Source: Aulosira sp. ZfuVER01
Lineage (GTDB): Bacteria > Cyanobacteriota > Cyanobacteriia > Cyanobacteriales > Nostocaceae
Direction: 5' to 3'
Length of the DNA stretch: 64,000 nucleotides
Assembly: GCA_034530615.2 (NCBI GenBank)
Contig: JAVRCV020000008.1
Coordinates: 32,001 to 96,000 of the forward strand
A program made the translations under genes and the position numbers. Below, one piece after another: positions 20,088 to 31,040 of the stretch. Every line of letters begins with the position of its first letter. Within the stretch, counting starts at the first letter, position 1. The notes beneath the pieces are model-generated. The model was not told the DNA's origin. It was given only the letters and a program-made list of their open reading frames with translations, and ran no database searches.

Positions 20088-20125
20088 ATATTTTATTAAT
20101 AAATAGTTTTGAAATTGTTTTTTTG

Positions 20126-21112
20126 CTACTGTTTATAAAAAAATGCTGTATAAAAAGGACTCATGAAAATTCCTATTAATAATTCCATTTCACAGGCTAC
20201 TACAATATCATTTTGAAATAGCTTACGATATTTAATCCAGTAAAAAATTAGCTTGCGTAAATCATTAGCACTATAAAGTGGCAGAACAAACGGTCTTAAC
20301 CAAGCAGGGAAGTCTAGCATTCTAATGTGGTGACGACTTAAACCAATACCTCGCATTAATTTAATTAAATAATCTTTCTCCAGACGCTCTTTATAAATGC
20401 GATGAGATATTTTCATTTCTGGTGTGTACCAAATTTCCCAGCCAGCGTTTCTAATATGTACTAAGGCTTCTAAATCTTCGGAAGTAACGAAGGAATTATT
20501 TAAACGTCCGGTAAAAAAAAGTTGTTTAGGAACATTTTCAGTCCAAGCTTGTTTACGAACAACTAATCCAGCGCCTGGAGGTAACATTTTTCTAACATAA
20601 TAGTTCTGTTCATAGGTGTTATAGCAAAAAGATTTATTACCATCTACGATAGCTAAAAAACGACTTATTCTATCAAAGTTATTAGGGGGAGTAACTTCAT
20701 AGTCTGCTTTGATTTGTCCACCATAAGCCCCAGCTTGAGGATGATTTTTACCAAAAATATAGGCAGATGTAACCCAATTAGGAGTAGGTAAATTATCATC
20801 GTCTAGAAAGCCAACAAATGTGCCTTGAGCTTCTTGAATAGCACGCTCTCGAGCAAAGCTTAATCCTTGCTTCTGTTCCAAAAAATATTTAATCGGATAT
20901 GCTGTAGGCCAATCTGCTTGATATTCTTGAACTACTTTTGCTGTATTATCTTTACTATTGTTGTCAATAACAATAATTTCCCAATTTATCGGCTCTTCAT
21001 TAATTGCTAATTGTGTAATATATGCACAGCATTCTTTTAACTTATCTAAAACATCTGGTAAACGTTTTTCTCCATTAAAGGTACATATAGCTACAGTAAA
21101 ATCAATCATCAT
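20126..21112 (-). CDS. hpsE: GT2 glycosyltransferase, HpsE-like (hormogonium polysaccharide family)
   Basis: FTVAICTFNG, IDNNSKD, QGLSFAR, FLDDDN, PPGAGLVVRK, SEDLE; orthology versus paralogy not resolvable here. Confidence 0.75.
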   Translation of the reverse strand: MMIDFTVAICTFNGEKRLPDVLDKLKECCAYITQLAINEEPINWEIIVIDNNSKDNTAKVVQEYQADWPTAYPIKYFLEQKQGLSFARERAIQEAQGTFVGFLDDDNLPTPNWVTSAYIFGKNHPQAGAYGGQIKADYEVTPPNNFDRISRFLAIVDGNKSFCYNTYEQNYYVRKMLPPGAGLVVRKQAWTENVPKQLFFTGRLNNSFVTSEDLEALVHIRNAGWEIWYTPEMKISHRIYKERLEKDYLIKLMRGIGLSRHHIRMLDFPAWLRPFVLPLYSANDLRKLIFYWIKYRKLFQNDIVVACEMELLIGIFMSPFYTAFFYKQ

Positions 21113-21235
21113 TTGAATGACCAAAAATTAGAAAAAATTATATCTTTTCCTCAAATGGTAGTAACTGATGATATAAATGTCACCAGCAGAAACACTGAAT
21201 GGGTATTGGCGATCGCGCAGATGTCAAAGTAACGA

Positions 21236-22750
21236 TCAAGAATTTCCAGCGGTTGCTAGGTCTTTAATTTGTGGTTCAGGAAATTGATGTAAAACTCGCC
21301 AAAGAATCGTATAGCTACCATCAGAACGGCGACGCACTGGCCGAAAAGCAATTAGGAGATCGCTACTACGTAATTGTTGGATTTGTCCTAGTAATTGGCG
21401 TTCTTCTGGCGAAAGCGGTCTACCGCTCAAAATCATATCTGGCAGTTGAAATTGGAGCGATCGCACTAAATACGTATGGTTTAATTCAGCTTTAGCATTA
21501 GCCAAAATAACCTGATTTAAATTCCAGTTCTGGTCTTTGCCCGTCAGGAACCGTCGCCGTTCTACTTGTAATTCATTTAATTTTTTGGGAGGCTGGTAGT
21601 TGAGAAAAAATTCTCGTGTTGGTTGCGCCACAGCTTTGAGTTTCTGCTCTAACTTGTTGATAGGCACATCGCCCAAATCTACCATGAAGCTGTAATCTAC
21701 ACCTTGATACCCCAGCCCAAAGCGATCGCCAATCAGCTGAAGTGCTAGACTGGGAGTAAATCCGCCTTGATTATCACCCAATGAGGGGAAAGGATAGCGT
21801 TCACTGACACTAGGTGCCAAGCGATTCTGAAGCGTATTCAGCGGACGCTGGTAAGCCAGATCGGGTAACACGCGGAAAATGCCAGTATCAGGCAATTTCA
21901 GAAAGGTAGCGTAGGTTTGCGGTTCTTGGGGATCGATGTCGTAAGAAAAGCGGTCAAGTACAGTAGAAGTTTCCTGAGGATTTGTAAATTGATTCTTTAA
22001 GGGGAATTCTACCTGGGCTGCGGTCAAGAATTTCTTAGCAGTTGCAAGTGTATTCAGTGCTTCATTTGGTGCTGCGATCGCGGGTTGTATGGGTGATACA
22101 TAGTCAGCTATGCCTGTTTTCGCAGTCCTACCAATAATTGGTGGCAATGGTGAAACTGCATTCGGTTCCTGTGTTGCAAAGGGTGTTGCTAGCTTGTCGA
22201 GTTGAGGACGCTGGATTGGTGCAATCGCCAGCGCCGGATCTGATTGTCGCTCACCCGTCACCAGCGGTAAACTTCGGACTAAGGCTAGCTCTCCCCGCCG
22301 AGATAACAAACGATCCAGTATTGGAGAAAGTTTTAATAATTCTTGGTTAGAAGTATACAAAGAGCAGTAAATTTTTAGTTGTGACCCAGTTAATTGCTCG
22401 GCTAAAGGGAAATTCTGAGTAGAATCCACTCTTGAGGTACATAAAGTTTTGGGACTTTTGCTTTGACGGTTCAAAAAAGCGTCTACAGACTTGGTGTGGA
22501 CAGTTAATTGCCCTTGCACCGCTCGCATCTGATTAGCATCAGGTGTAACGATCGCTTGCTCAATGCGGGCCATCAGATTGATCTGTTGCTGTACCAGATG
22601 ACTGGCTGTAGTATAAAAGCTTTCATTGGTTGGTTCCGCCGCCAGATTTTGATTTGGGGAGGATGTGAACTTAGAATCCACGTTTTGCATCTTCAGCGGC
22701 ACAGAAACCAAACTAAAAGGGAGCAAGAGACTGAAAAAGATGTATCTCAT
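21236..22750 (-). CDS. Hypothetical exported protein
   Basis: 504-aa ORF with N-terminal signal-like segment. Confidence 0.8.
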   Translation of the reverse strand: MRYIFFSLLLPFSLVSVPLKMQNVDSKFTSSPNQNLAAEPTNESFYTTASHLVQQQINLMARIEQAIVTPDANQMRAVQGQLTVHTKSVDAFLNRQSKSPKTLCTSRVDSTQNFPLAEQLTGSQLKIYCSLYTSNQELLKLSPILDRLLSRRGELALVRSLPLVTGERQSDPALAIAPIQRPQLDKLATPFATQEPNAVSPLPPIIGRTAKTGIADYVSPIQPAIAAPNEALNTLATAKKFLTAAQVEFPLKNQFTNPQETSTVLDRFSYDIDPQEPQTYATFLKLPDTGIFRVLPDLAYQRPLNTLQNRLAPSVSERYPFPSLGDNQGGFTPSLALQLIGDRFGLGYQGVDYSFMVDLGDVPINKLEQKLKAVAQPTREFFLNYQPPKKLNELQVERRRFLTGKDQNWNLNQVILANAKAELNHTYLVRSLQFQLPDMILSGRPLSPEERQLLGQIQQLRSSDLLIAFRPVRRRSDGSYTILWRVLHQFPEPQIKDLATAGNS

Positions 22751-22876
22751 ATCAAAAACACAGGACTGTTAGGTGTAGAAAAATCTAAAATAGATATTAA
22801 ATTTAAAAGAAAGAACGACCACCGACCAGCGTCAGTCCATCTTAACTTTCTGTCAAGCGCGACCGGGTTGTTACCA

Positions 22877-24082
22877 GTGCTGAAACACGATTACATGCCA
22901 GTTTCCCAAGATCAGCCGATCTATTCTGAGGCTCCGCTCCAACTATTGCTGTTTGTCGATGGACGTCCCAAGTCCCGGCAACAAGTACAGCGAATACGTG
23001 CTTATTTGAAAGAATTGCAGACTGGGTATCATTTTGAACTGCAAATTATTGATGTTGGGCAACAACCCTATATGGCGGAACACTTTAAATTAGTGGCGAC
23101 GCCAGCTTTGATCAAAATCCACCCAGAACCAAGGCAAATCATTGCGGGAAGTAATATCGTCGGTCAACTAAAAAACTGGTGGCCCCGTTGGCAAGCCTCT
23201 GTAGATGCCTATTTGAAGCTACAAGAAGACTTACAAGAACGTCTAGACGAAAATGGTCGAGTAGTAGCACCCAAATCAACAATTGGTTCAGTTGCTGTTT
23301 CTGCCGAACTCATACGCCTCTCCGATGAGATTTTTCGCTTAAAGCAGGAACAAGAGAAACTCCAAGAGCAGTTGCAATTTAAAGATAGAGTAATCGCTGT
23401 GCTGGCCCATGACCTCCGTAATCCTTTAACAGCTGCTGCGATCGCTATAGAAACTCTCCAATCTAACTACAATATAGAGACAGGTCAATTCCAGCGCCTC
23501 AAACCAGCAATGACGGCGCATTTGTTAAAACAAGCCCGTAACCAAACCAAGACAATTGACCGTATGATTACGGATCTTTTGCAGGTAGGGAGAGGCAATG
23601 ATACTGAGCTACCAATCGTACCGCAAAAAATGGAAATCGGCAAATTCTGTCTAAATGTAGTGGAAGAATTGCGCGATCGCTATACTGCTAAATCTCAACA
23701 GGTAGAAACAGATGTCCCTCAAGACTTACCCTATGTGTATGCCGATCCAGAACGCATTCACCAAGTACTGGTGAATCTGTTAGACAATGCGATTAAATAT
23801 ACACCCACTGGTGGCAAGATTAGTGTGATAGGGTTGCACCGGACTACCCAAAAAGTTCAGATCAGCATTGGCGATACTGGCCCGGGAATTCCTTACGAAG
23901 ACCGCGATCGCATCTTTGAAAATCACTTCCGCCTGCAACGGGATGAAGGTACAGAAGGTTACGGTATCGGTCTGTGTGTTTGCCAACGAATTATTCGGGC
24001 GCACTATGGTCACATCTGGGTTGACTCTGTTCCCAATGGTGGAGCGTGGTTCCACTTTACATTGCCAGTTTATCCTTCTTAG
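22877..24082 (+). CDS. sasA: Circadian adaptive-response histidine kinase SasA
   Basis: KaiB-like N-domain (LQLLLFVD..., LVATPALIK), H-box [32 protein letters not shown] 22877 or ATG 22895 start. Confidence 0.95.
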   Translation: MLKHDYMPVSQDQPIYSEAPLQLLLFVDGRPKSRQQVQRIRAYLKELQTGYHFELQIIDVGQQPYMAEHFKLVATPALIKIHPEPRQIIAGSNIVGQLKNWWPRWQASVDAYLKLQEDLQERLDENGRVVAPKSTIGSVAVSAELIRLSDEIFRLKQEQEKLQEQLQFKDRVIAVLAHDLRNPLTAAAIAIETLQSNYNIETGQFQRLKPAMTAHLLKQARNQTKTIDRMITDLLQVGRGNDTELPIVPQKMEIGKFCLNVVEELRDRYTAKSQQVETDVPQDLPYVYADPERIHQVLVNLLDNAIKYTPTGGKISVIGLHRTTQKVQISIGDTGPGIPYEDRDRIFENHFRLQRDEGTEGYGIGLCVCQRIIRAHYGHIWVDSVPNGGAWFHFTLPVYPS

Positions 24083-24159
24083 TCGCCGCATTGTTTGGCT
24101 GGCAACCGATGATGTAAATTCTGATTTTGCTTTTCAAGTTTAATCCCAAAGCCAAAAAA

Positions 24160-25182
24160 TTATTTGAGGATAATGCGATCGCGCCCCTCCGCCTTTGCTT
24201 GGTAAAGTGCCTTATCTGCTGCCACAATTAAATCTGAAGGTGACGATTCCCAAGTAGGAACGACAGTCGCCACACCCATACTCAGGGTGACATATTGGCT
24301 AACTTCTGAGCCATGATGAGCAATTTTTAAATTTCTGACTCCAGCTTGCATTGCCGCCGCAACGTGAACTGCACCAAATGCATGAGTATTGGGCATAATA
24401 ACCGCAAATTCTTCTCCGCCATAACGTGCTACTAAATCTTGATTTTTCTGTGCCGTATGGCTGAGGACAGCACCTACTTTTTGTAAGCAGATATCTCCAG
24501 CAGGATGACCATATTTATCATTATAAAATTTAAAAAAGTCGATATCACACAAAATTAGTGACAGAGGTAATTCCTCTTGTGCTAAATTAATCCACTGAGT
24601 ATTCAAGTAATCATCAAAGCGGCGACGATTAGCTAACCCTGTTAAACCATCAACATTGGCGATATGCTGTAAAGCTTGGTTTGCCGCCTCTAACTGTTTA
24701 TATACTTGTGCTTGTTGTAACAAACGTCGCAAACGCTGACGCAAAACTGCCCAGTGAATGGGTTTGGTGATGTAATCCATTGCTCCTGCATCAAAGGCAC
24801 GGTTGACGGACTCTTCATCATCCAAACACGTAATCATCAAGATAGGAGTCCGCTCCCATAGTTTAGAGATGACAGTATTGCCTACAGCTGAGTCAGTATC
24901 AAAACTTGCAAGTGCTGACATCAAATTATTTCGGGCAATCTTGAGTAGTTGCTTACAGCATGTAAAGCCATCCATCACAGGCATGACCGCATCTAGCAAC
25001 ACTATATCCGGCTTAATAGTATCGTAAGCATCTAAACATTGCTGACCATCATTGACCTCGACCACTCGATAGCCTTCTTGTTCCATAGCTTTACGCAACA
25101 GCAGTCGCATGGTTTTGTCATCATCAGCCACTAAAATCAGTGGTGGTTGCTTGGAAATAGAAAATGAACTTATGCCTGACAT
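24160..25182 (-). CDS. Response-regulator diguanylate cyclase (REC-GGDEF)
   Basis: ILVADDD, LLDAVMP, DGLTGLANRR, RYGGEEF; start taken at MSGISS. Confidence 0.93.
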   Translation of the reverse strand: MSGISSFSISKQPPLILVADDDKTMRLLLRKAMEQEGYRVVEVNDGQQCLDAYDTIKPDIVLLDAVMPVMDGFTCCKQLLKIARNNLMSALASFDTDSAVGNTVISKLWERTPILMITCLDDEESVNRAFDAGAMDYITKPIHWAVLRQRLRRLLQQAQVYKQLEAANQALQHIANVDGLTGLANRRRFDDYLNTQWINLAQEELPLSLILCDIDFFKFYNDKYGHPAGDICLQKVGAVLSHTAQKNQDLVARYGGEEFAVIMPNTHAFGAVHVAAAMQAGVRNLKIAHHGSEVSQYVTLSMGVATVVPTWESSPSDLIVAADKALYQAKAEGRDRIILK

Positions 25183-25290
25183 GAGTTGCGTTCCACAGAA
25201 AATGAGAGTATCGGTAAGGGCGAATCTGGAAAAATTTGCCCCCTTAACCAAATCGCCTGTGAGCGAAAATTTTTTGCTGTAGTCACAATC

Positions 25291-25677
25291 CTACTGAACA
25301 ACCGATTTGGTAGAAGATACGTAGGCAACGCATGTGTTGTATATACAATGATTGCCCAGTTTTAACTGGATTTCTCGAAGCCGACAAATGTCCACTGGTT
25401 GATATACCAATTTTGTCTCCAGTGGTGCAAAGACTGGATTGAATAATTTGCCTAAGCGGGAAGTTTGGAAACTAGCCTGAAAAAAGGTTGTCCTCCCCAG
25501 CGTTAGGGATAAATGCGCCCTAATCAATGCCAATACTCGCCGCCAAAGGCTATCCAGCAATTGAAAAATAGAATACTTAATGATTCTCAGCCAAGTAAAC
25601 GGTAGATGACTAGTTTGCATAGACAATTGATTTGAAACACAAAGGCAATTTTTACCTTCCTGTCCAGCTAAGGACAT
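25291..25677 (-). CDS. Hypothetical protein (uncertain)
   Basis: 128-aa ORF co-oriented upstream of the diguanylate cyclase; no recognisable motif. Confidence 0.4.
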   Translation of the reverse strand: MSLAGQEGKNCLCVSNQLSMQTSHLPFTWLRIIKYSIFQLLDSLWRRVLALIRAHLSLTLGRTTFFQASFQTSRLGKLFNPVFAPLETKLVYQPVDICRLREIQLKLGNHCIYNTCVAYVSSTKSVVQ

Positions 25678-26413
25678 GGTAAGAAATTGATGATTTACGC
25701 TTTATGTGAATTAAGTCTTGAAACCCTTGTAATTTCGTTGATAGTCCCAAAACCATAATTTTGGGCTAACGGAGAAACCCTGAGGGGGTCAAAGACCTTT
25801 CTCATTCACATCTGGCGTATTATTTATATTTCCCTACTGCTAAAGCCGAATTGTCATTTCCGGGAAAACTTCAAATATTAACCTTGCTTTTTTAGTTATA
25901 CAGTGATTTTTAGCACTAAGGATAGGTGATGTAATAAACAAAATGTGCTAAGAAATTTTTAACTATAAATTCTGCTAGCTTTCAATTTCAACTCTGCATT
26001 TGTGCGATCGCAAGATTGTTTAAAGTAACGGTAAATCGTATACTTTGTTTTTTAATAACATTTACCATGAATAATTTCCGTAAAAACCCTGATACGGGAC
26101 CCGATCTACTTATGTATCTCGATTCAGAAAATTTCAACTAAACTGCACTTTTTGCAAAGTTTTACTCCAACTTTCCGCAAAATTTCCAAAGCTTAGTAAT
26201 AAGATATTATTGATTTTCGATGGCAGCTTGAGGTATTGGTAAAAGATGAAATAGAAATTTCAGTCTTTATCTGAGGCTTTGGCGATTTATACTCTTGGTG
26301 AATATACGCCCACGGGCGTCTAAAGCCTTAAAGAAATGAGTGACTGCATCCTTAGCCTTACTTATAGTAAAACTTATAAACTAAACTATCTTGTAATCTA
26401 GTAGGTAAAAACC

Positions 26414-27181
26414 GTGGCACAGGCTTTGTCTTCGTGGCAGCAACTAATTAACCAGCTTTCTAACTGGTCGCTTCCAGATTTTAAGACAGGAGCCTCAAAG
26501 CAGCGAAATTTCCAGCGCTTTTCTGGGCCAGGAGGCGTTCTGAGTTTCCTGACAATTATCGTTGCTATGCTGTTGTGGAACTGGAAACTTCTGTTGGCAC
26601 TGCTGATCGGCATTGGGGTCATGTTATCAGTCTACTCAATGCAGAAATGGGACTGGCAACAACGCTGGTCAAAGATGCAGAGGTTGTTCAATGGCCCCAA
26701 CCGTCAGCTCGTATTGGCAGTAAGTACTGGTGGGATTGCTACTTTTACCACTTACATCGCAGCTACAATCTGGTTTGACTCTAACAGTCCTTGGATTGCT
26801 TCTGGTGTAATTGTCCAAGGTTTGGGTATGGTATTAAGTTTAATTTTGTTGGTCTGCCAAATTGTAAATTTTTATGGAGTTCGCGAAGAAGACTACTGCG
26901 ATCGCTTATTAAACAAATTAACTGAACCAGATCCCTTAAAGCGTTTGCTTGCTGTGCGACAACTAACTAAATTGATTGGTCGTAAACGGGTTGACGCTTC
27001 AGTGCAGCAAAATGTGGTTGAATGCTTGCAACTGTTACTCAGCCAAGAAGAGGAAGCAGTAATTCGGGAAGCAGCTTTTGAGAGTTTAGAAACTTTAGAT
27101 AGTTCGCAAACTTTACCATCTAACACAGCAGGTATTTTTATTCCTGTATCTGCAAAACTCAAAAGTAAAATTCCTTCTTAA
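26414..27181 (+). CDS. Membrane protein with C-terminal HEAT/armadillo-type repeats
   Basis: TM segments then DPLKRLLAVRQL...EAVIREAAFESL. Confidence 0.8.
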   Translation: MAQALSSWQQLINQLSNWSLPDFKTGASKQRNFQRFSGPGGVLSFLTIIVAMLLWNWKLLLALLIGIGVMLSVYSMQKWDWQQRWSKMQRLFNGPNRQLVLAVSTGGIATFTTYIAATIWFDSNSPWIASGVIVQGLGMVLSLILLVCQIVNFYGVREEDYCDRLLNKLTEPDPLKRLLAVRQLTKLIGRKRVDASVQQNVVECLQLLLSQEEEAVIREAAFESLETLDSSQTLPSNTAGIFIPVSAKLKSKIPS

Positions 27182-27185
27182 GGAT

Positions 27186-28442
27186 TTATTTTAAGCGGTA
27201 AAGTATTTCACCTGCTTTCGGCACAAGTAAAATGCCTTCATCTTCCCGGTTAGCCCATTCTACTGGTTGAATGGTAGCCGGGTTACGATAATTTAAGTTA
27301 TGAGCAGCGCAGCGTTCTGGAGAAATACCAGTTGCGAGAGTTACCCGAATCCGTGCTTGTTCCCCTTTTATGGGGTCAAAAGTGCCCATACCTTTCAAGT
27401 GAGTACTATGAGCCAGCACTCCTGCAGGATAATCTGAGAATTTATCCCACTGTTTGAGAAAGTAATCCCGCACATGATAACCAATGTGGGCTAGGATTTC
27501 GCCGTATGTATAGCTAAACTCGGTAATGTGAGGAGCATAGATAATTACCTCACCGCCATCAGCTACTATTGGCTCTAGCTTGTACATTCCTTTAGCCGCT
27601 GTCCAAATATCGTCATACATTTCGGGCATGACTGAAAGCACTTGTTTAAAAGGCCGATCTACATATTTAATATGCACTTTGGCAGATAATTCCGCAGCGT
27701 TTTGCCAAGCTGCTTCTGGTTTATCTATATAAAGTCCCGCTAACTGATTTGTTCCTGGTGCGACTACCATAGCTAGGCAAAGCTTTGGGGTAGGAATCAG
27801 ACTAGTAGCGCGGTTAATTAAGCGGCGAACTGGCGTGATTCCTTGCGTACCAATAATTTCGTAACAGGTAATTAAAGCTCCTAACCAGTGTGATAAATTA
27901 ATTACTTCCTGACCGCTAATACCGGGGAAAAAATATTTATTTCCACCAGAAAACCCGACAACTTCGTGGGGAAAAACTGGGCCGCAAATAATTATCAGAT
28001 CGTATTCAGTTACCAATTTGTTAACACGCACATTAACTTCTTGATGCAGCATTCCACCGCTGATTTCTGCTATCTCATCTGCTGAAATCATGCCACAAGA
28101 AATAAATGTATCTGGTAGATGCCAAAGGTGGTTAAAAATTTGCACATTTTTAAATGTAGTCTCTCGCTCCTCCTGCGTTACCCCAACTAAGCGATTGATT
28201 TGTGATTCACTCATAGGATTATGTGTACCCAGAGCGATTAAAAAATCAAGTGCCATCACCCTCTTACCCAACTCTTGATGGAGTAATCGAAACATTTGGG
28301 GTATGGGAGCAGTGCGGGTTCCATCGGGAATTAATACGAGGATACGCTGTCCATTGAATTGCGGATCTGCCAAAGCTTGATGAACTAGTTCGGAAACTTG
28401 CTCATCGGAAAGCGTTCCATGATTTACGGCTAGTGAATACAT
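27186..28442 (-). CDS. hrmA: LarA-family nickel-pincer racemase/epimerase; positional equivalent of HrmA
   Basis: PDGTR, ALGTH, FPHEVVGFSGGNK, SH and AAKG match the LarA D/R, H, H/K, H and K catalytic positions; last gene after uxaC and the SDR. Confidence 0.85.
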   Translation of the reverse strand: MYSLAVNHGTLSDEQVSELVHQALADPQFNGQRILVLIPDGTRTAPIPQMFRLLHQELGKRVMALDFLIALGTHNPMSESQINRLVGVTQEERETTFKNVQIFNHLWHLPDTFISCGMISADEIAEISGGMLHQEVNVRVNKLVTEYDLIIICGPVFPHEVVGFSGGNKYFFPGISGQEVINLSHWLGALITCYEIIGTQGITPVRRLINRATSLIPTPKLCLAMVVAPGTNQLAGLYIDKPEAAWQNAAELSAKVHIKYVDRPFKQVLSVMPEMYDDIWTAAKGMYKLEPIVADGGEVIIYAPHITEFSYTYGEILAHIGYHVRDYFLKQWDKFSDYPAGVLAHSTHLKGMGTFDPIKGEQARIRVTLATGISPERCAAHNLNYRNPATIQPVEWANREDEGILLVPKAGEILYRLK

Positions 28443-28444
28443 TC

Positions 28445-29299
28445 TCAAACTCCGCTGTAGATACTAAAGCCACCGTCTACAGGTACAACCACCCCATTGA
28501 CGAAACTCGAACCAGAACTACATAACCAAATCAAAGTGCTGAGTAATTCCTCTGGTTCGCCAAAACGCCCAGCTGGGGTATGGTCAATAATTTTTTGCCC
28601 GCGATCACTTAAACTACCATCTGGATTTAACAGTAAATCTCGATTTTGCTCACCAATAAAAAAACCTGGTGCGATCGCATTCACTCGCAACCCTGCTCCA
28701 TACTTTTGGGCGAGTTCTACAGCTAGCCAACGTGTAAAATTATCGATCGCCGCTTTTGCTGCTGAATAACCCACCACCCGACTAATCGCACGAATAGCAG
28801 ACATCGAAGAAATATTGACAATGCAACCACGAGGCTGATTTCTGTCTACCATTGTTTGGCCAAAAACCTGACTAGGTAGTAGAGTACCCACCAAATTTAG
28901 ATCGACCACTTGCGCAAAAGCCGCGTGTGGCATATCAAAAAAAGTAGCATCAGGAGTAATTGTCGCCGCCGGAATATTCCCCCCAGCAGCGTTGATCAAG
29001 ATATCTATCTGTCCCCAATGCTTTAATACACTATCTCTGGCTACTTCTAACTGAGAGCGATCGCCCACATCTGCCAGCACAGCCATACTTTCCCCACCTT
29101 TGGCAGTAATATCAGCTACCACCCCCTTCGCACGTACTTCATTGCGACCGAGAACCACTACTCGCGCTCCTGTCAATGCTAAACCCCTAGCCATTGCCCC
29201 ACCAAGCACACCAGAACCACCTGTAACTACTGCTACCTGCTCTTCTAGACTAAAAAGCTTATGCAAAATCAAATCTGCTTTATTCAATAACTCTGGCAT
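28445..29299 (-). CDS. hrmU: SDR D-mannonate (fructuronate) oxidoreductase, HrmU/UxuB-type
   Basis: TGGSGVLG, INAAGGN, YSAAK, NAIAPGFF..QNR.LL, VDGGFS; directly follows uxaC. Confidence 0.88.
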   Translation of the reverse strand: MPELLNKADLILHKLFSLEEQVAVVTGGSGVLGGAMARGLALTGARVVVLGRNEVRAKGVVADITAKGGESMAVLADVGDRSQLEVARDSVLKHWGQIDILINAAGGNIPAATITPDATFFDMPHAAFAQVVDLNLVGTLLPSQVFGQTMVDRNQPRGCIVNISSMSAIRAISRVVGYSAAKAAIDNFTRWLAVELAQKYGAGLRVNAIAPGFFIGEQNRDLLLNPDGSLSDRGQKIIDHTPAGRFGEPEELLSTLIWLCSSGSSFVNGVVVPVDGGFSIYSGV

Positions 29300-29378
29300 T
29301 GATAACTCCTCTGCTAAAAAAAACTCTGCGTACCTTTGCGTTTACCTTTGCGCCCCTTTGCGTTAAAAAAGAAACTAA

Positions 29379-30800
29379 CTATTCCAACTTGTAAGCACTC
29401 TTAGCCAAGTCATAAACCAAAGCCTGCGCCATTTCGTAACCTTCCTCCTCCTCAACTAACCCACGCACTACCAATCCAGCTAACCAATTACAAGCAACAC
29501 GCCGCCAAACATTATGACGGGCAGGAATGGAAACAAAAGCCCGTGTATCATCATTAAACCCAGCAGTATTGTAAAGACCAGCAGTTTCCATCACCCGATC
29601 GAAGTAACGCTCCATACCATTCACACTGTCGTGAAACCACCAAGGCGGCCCAAGCAGTACAGCGGGATAATGACCAGCTAGTGGCGCTAATTCCCGGCTG
29701 TATGTGCTTTCATCCATGCCAAATAGAATTAAATGGAAGTCTTTATGATTACCGTAAGCTGATAACAACGGACGTAGATTTTGAGTCCACTCTAGTTGCA
29801 ATGGGATATCAGCACCTTTATCAGACTCAAACCGTTCAAAGATTGCTGGATTATGGTTGCGTGTGACACCACAATGCATTTGCATGACTAAGCCATCTTC
29901 CACACTCATCCGAGCCATTTCCATGAACATATGACCCGTAAATTGCTGCGCATCAAATGAATTTAGCTTGCCAGCTAATGCTCTAGCAAAAATAGCTTCG
30001 GCTTCTTGATCAGACAGTTGCGTGGTATAAGGTGTAGCTGCACTGTGGTCAGTAGCAGTCGCACCCATTTTTTTGAAGTAAGCCCGACGTTCTTCTAAAA
30101 CCTGGATAAAAGTAGCGTAATTGCTGATTTCCCTCCCGACAGTGCTTTCCAACTTGGCAAGATTTTCGCGCCAACCGGGAGTATCTAAATTAACTACTGC
30201 ATCTGGACGAAAGGTAGGTCTAATTTGAGTCCAACCCTCTTGATGTAAAGATTGATGGTGTTCAAGGCGATCGCTAGCTGCATCGGTGGTACAAAGTACT
30301 TCAATATGAAAGCGTTTAAATAAAGCCCGTGGTGAGAACTCAGGCAAAGCTAACTGTCTTTCCAGATAATCATAAATATGTCCAGCATTGCGAGAATTTA
30401 AAGGCTCATCCACCCCAAAGACGTTGGTTAGTTCTTCTTTCAACCACAAGCCGGAGGGAGTTCCCCGGAATAGGTAAAAATGGTCTGCAAAAAGTTGCCA
30501 GATTTTACGATGATCTGTTTCCACTGGCGAACCATCAGTGGTAGGTATGCCAAGAGCTTCTAGAGATATGCCCCGACTATAAAGCATACGGAAAACGTAG
30601 TGGTCGGGGATAATTAATAATTCCGTTGGCGAACCAAAACGGGCGGCTGGATCGGATAGCAAAGCTGGGTCAACATGACCGTGGGGACAGACAATTGGTG
30701 AAGAGGAGATACTGTCAAAAAATTTACGAGCTAGTTGTCGTTGAATTGGGTCTGGAGCAAAACAGCGATCGCGTGATAAACTCCATGTTTTAGTGAACAT
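29379..30800 (-). CDS. uxaC: Glucuronate (uronate) isomerase (HrmI)
   Basis: PHGHVDP, PDHYVFRMLYS, CTTD, PTFRPD, GPPWWFHD, GFNDDTRAF. Confidence 0.96.
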   Translation of the reverse strand: MFTKTWSLSRDRCFAPDPIQRQLARKFFDSISSSPIVCPHGHVDPALLSDPAARFGSPTELLIIPDHYVFRMLYSRGISLEALGIPTTDGSPVETDHRKIWQLFADHFYLFRGTPSGLWLKEELTNVFGVDEPLNSRNAGHIYDYLERQLALPEFSPRALFKRFHIEVLCTTDAASDRLEHHQSLHQEGWTQIRPTFRPDAVVNLDTPGWRENLAKLESTVGREISNYATFIQVLEERRAYFKKMGATATDHSAATPYTTQLSDQEAEAIFARALAGKLNSFDAQQFTGHMFMEMARMSVEDGLVMQMHCGVTRNHNPAIFERFESDKGADIPLQLEWTQNLRPLLSAYGNHKDFHLILFGMDESTYSRELAPLAGHYPAVLLGPPWWFHDSVNGMERYFDRVMETAGLYNTAGFNDDTRAFVSIPARHNVWRRVACNWLAGLVVRGLVEEEEGYEMAQALVYDLAKSAYKLE

Positions 30801-30828
30801 ATTTTTGTCTAGTTAAAGTTAGTTGATT

Positions 30829-31040
30829 GAAGGCAGAGGGCAAGGAGCAGGAGGCAGAATGGAAGAAAGATAAGAGGGTTAGTTTTATGTTTTATGCCTG
30901 AGGGTTTCAAGTTTATGAATTTATTGGTTTATTCCTTTCTCCTGTTTATAAATACTTAGAAACTCACCAATTCAGATAACTATTTAAAGAATCATAAATG
31001 AGTTCAAACCTTCTGCCTCTGCCCTCTGCCTCCTGCCTTC
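30829..31040. repeat. Inverted STRR-like (GGCAGGA/CTGCCTC) tracts bracketing the ndh-uxaC spacer
   Basis: gaaggcagagggcaaggagcaggaggcagaa ... ttctgcctctgccctctgcctcctgccttc; another tract at 32505-32532. Confidence 0.65.

Noticed and set aside
22508..22876. 123-aa N-terminal extension of SasA in the ORF track
   Set aside because: Overlaps the opposite-strand gene 21236-22750; the KaiB-like domain begins near 22877-22895
25680..26410. NtcA boxes (GTA-N8-TAC) in this and other long spacers
   Set aside because: Only mis-spaced near-matches were seen (e.g. GTA-N7-TAC near 26031); not supportable by eye
27186..28442. Plain lactate racemase call
   Set aside because: The family motifs fit, but the context is hexuronate/gluconate metabolism with no lactate genes, so the substrate is more likely a sugar acid
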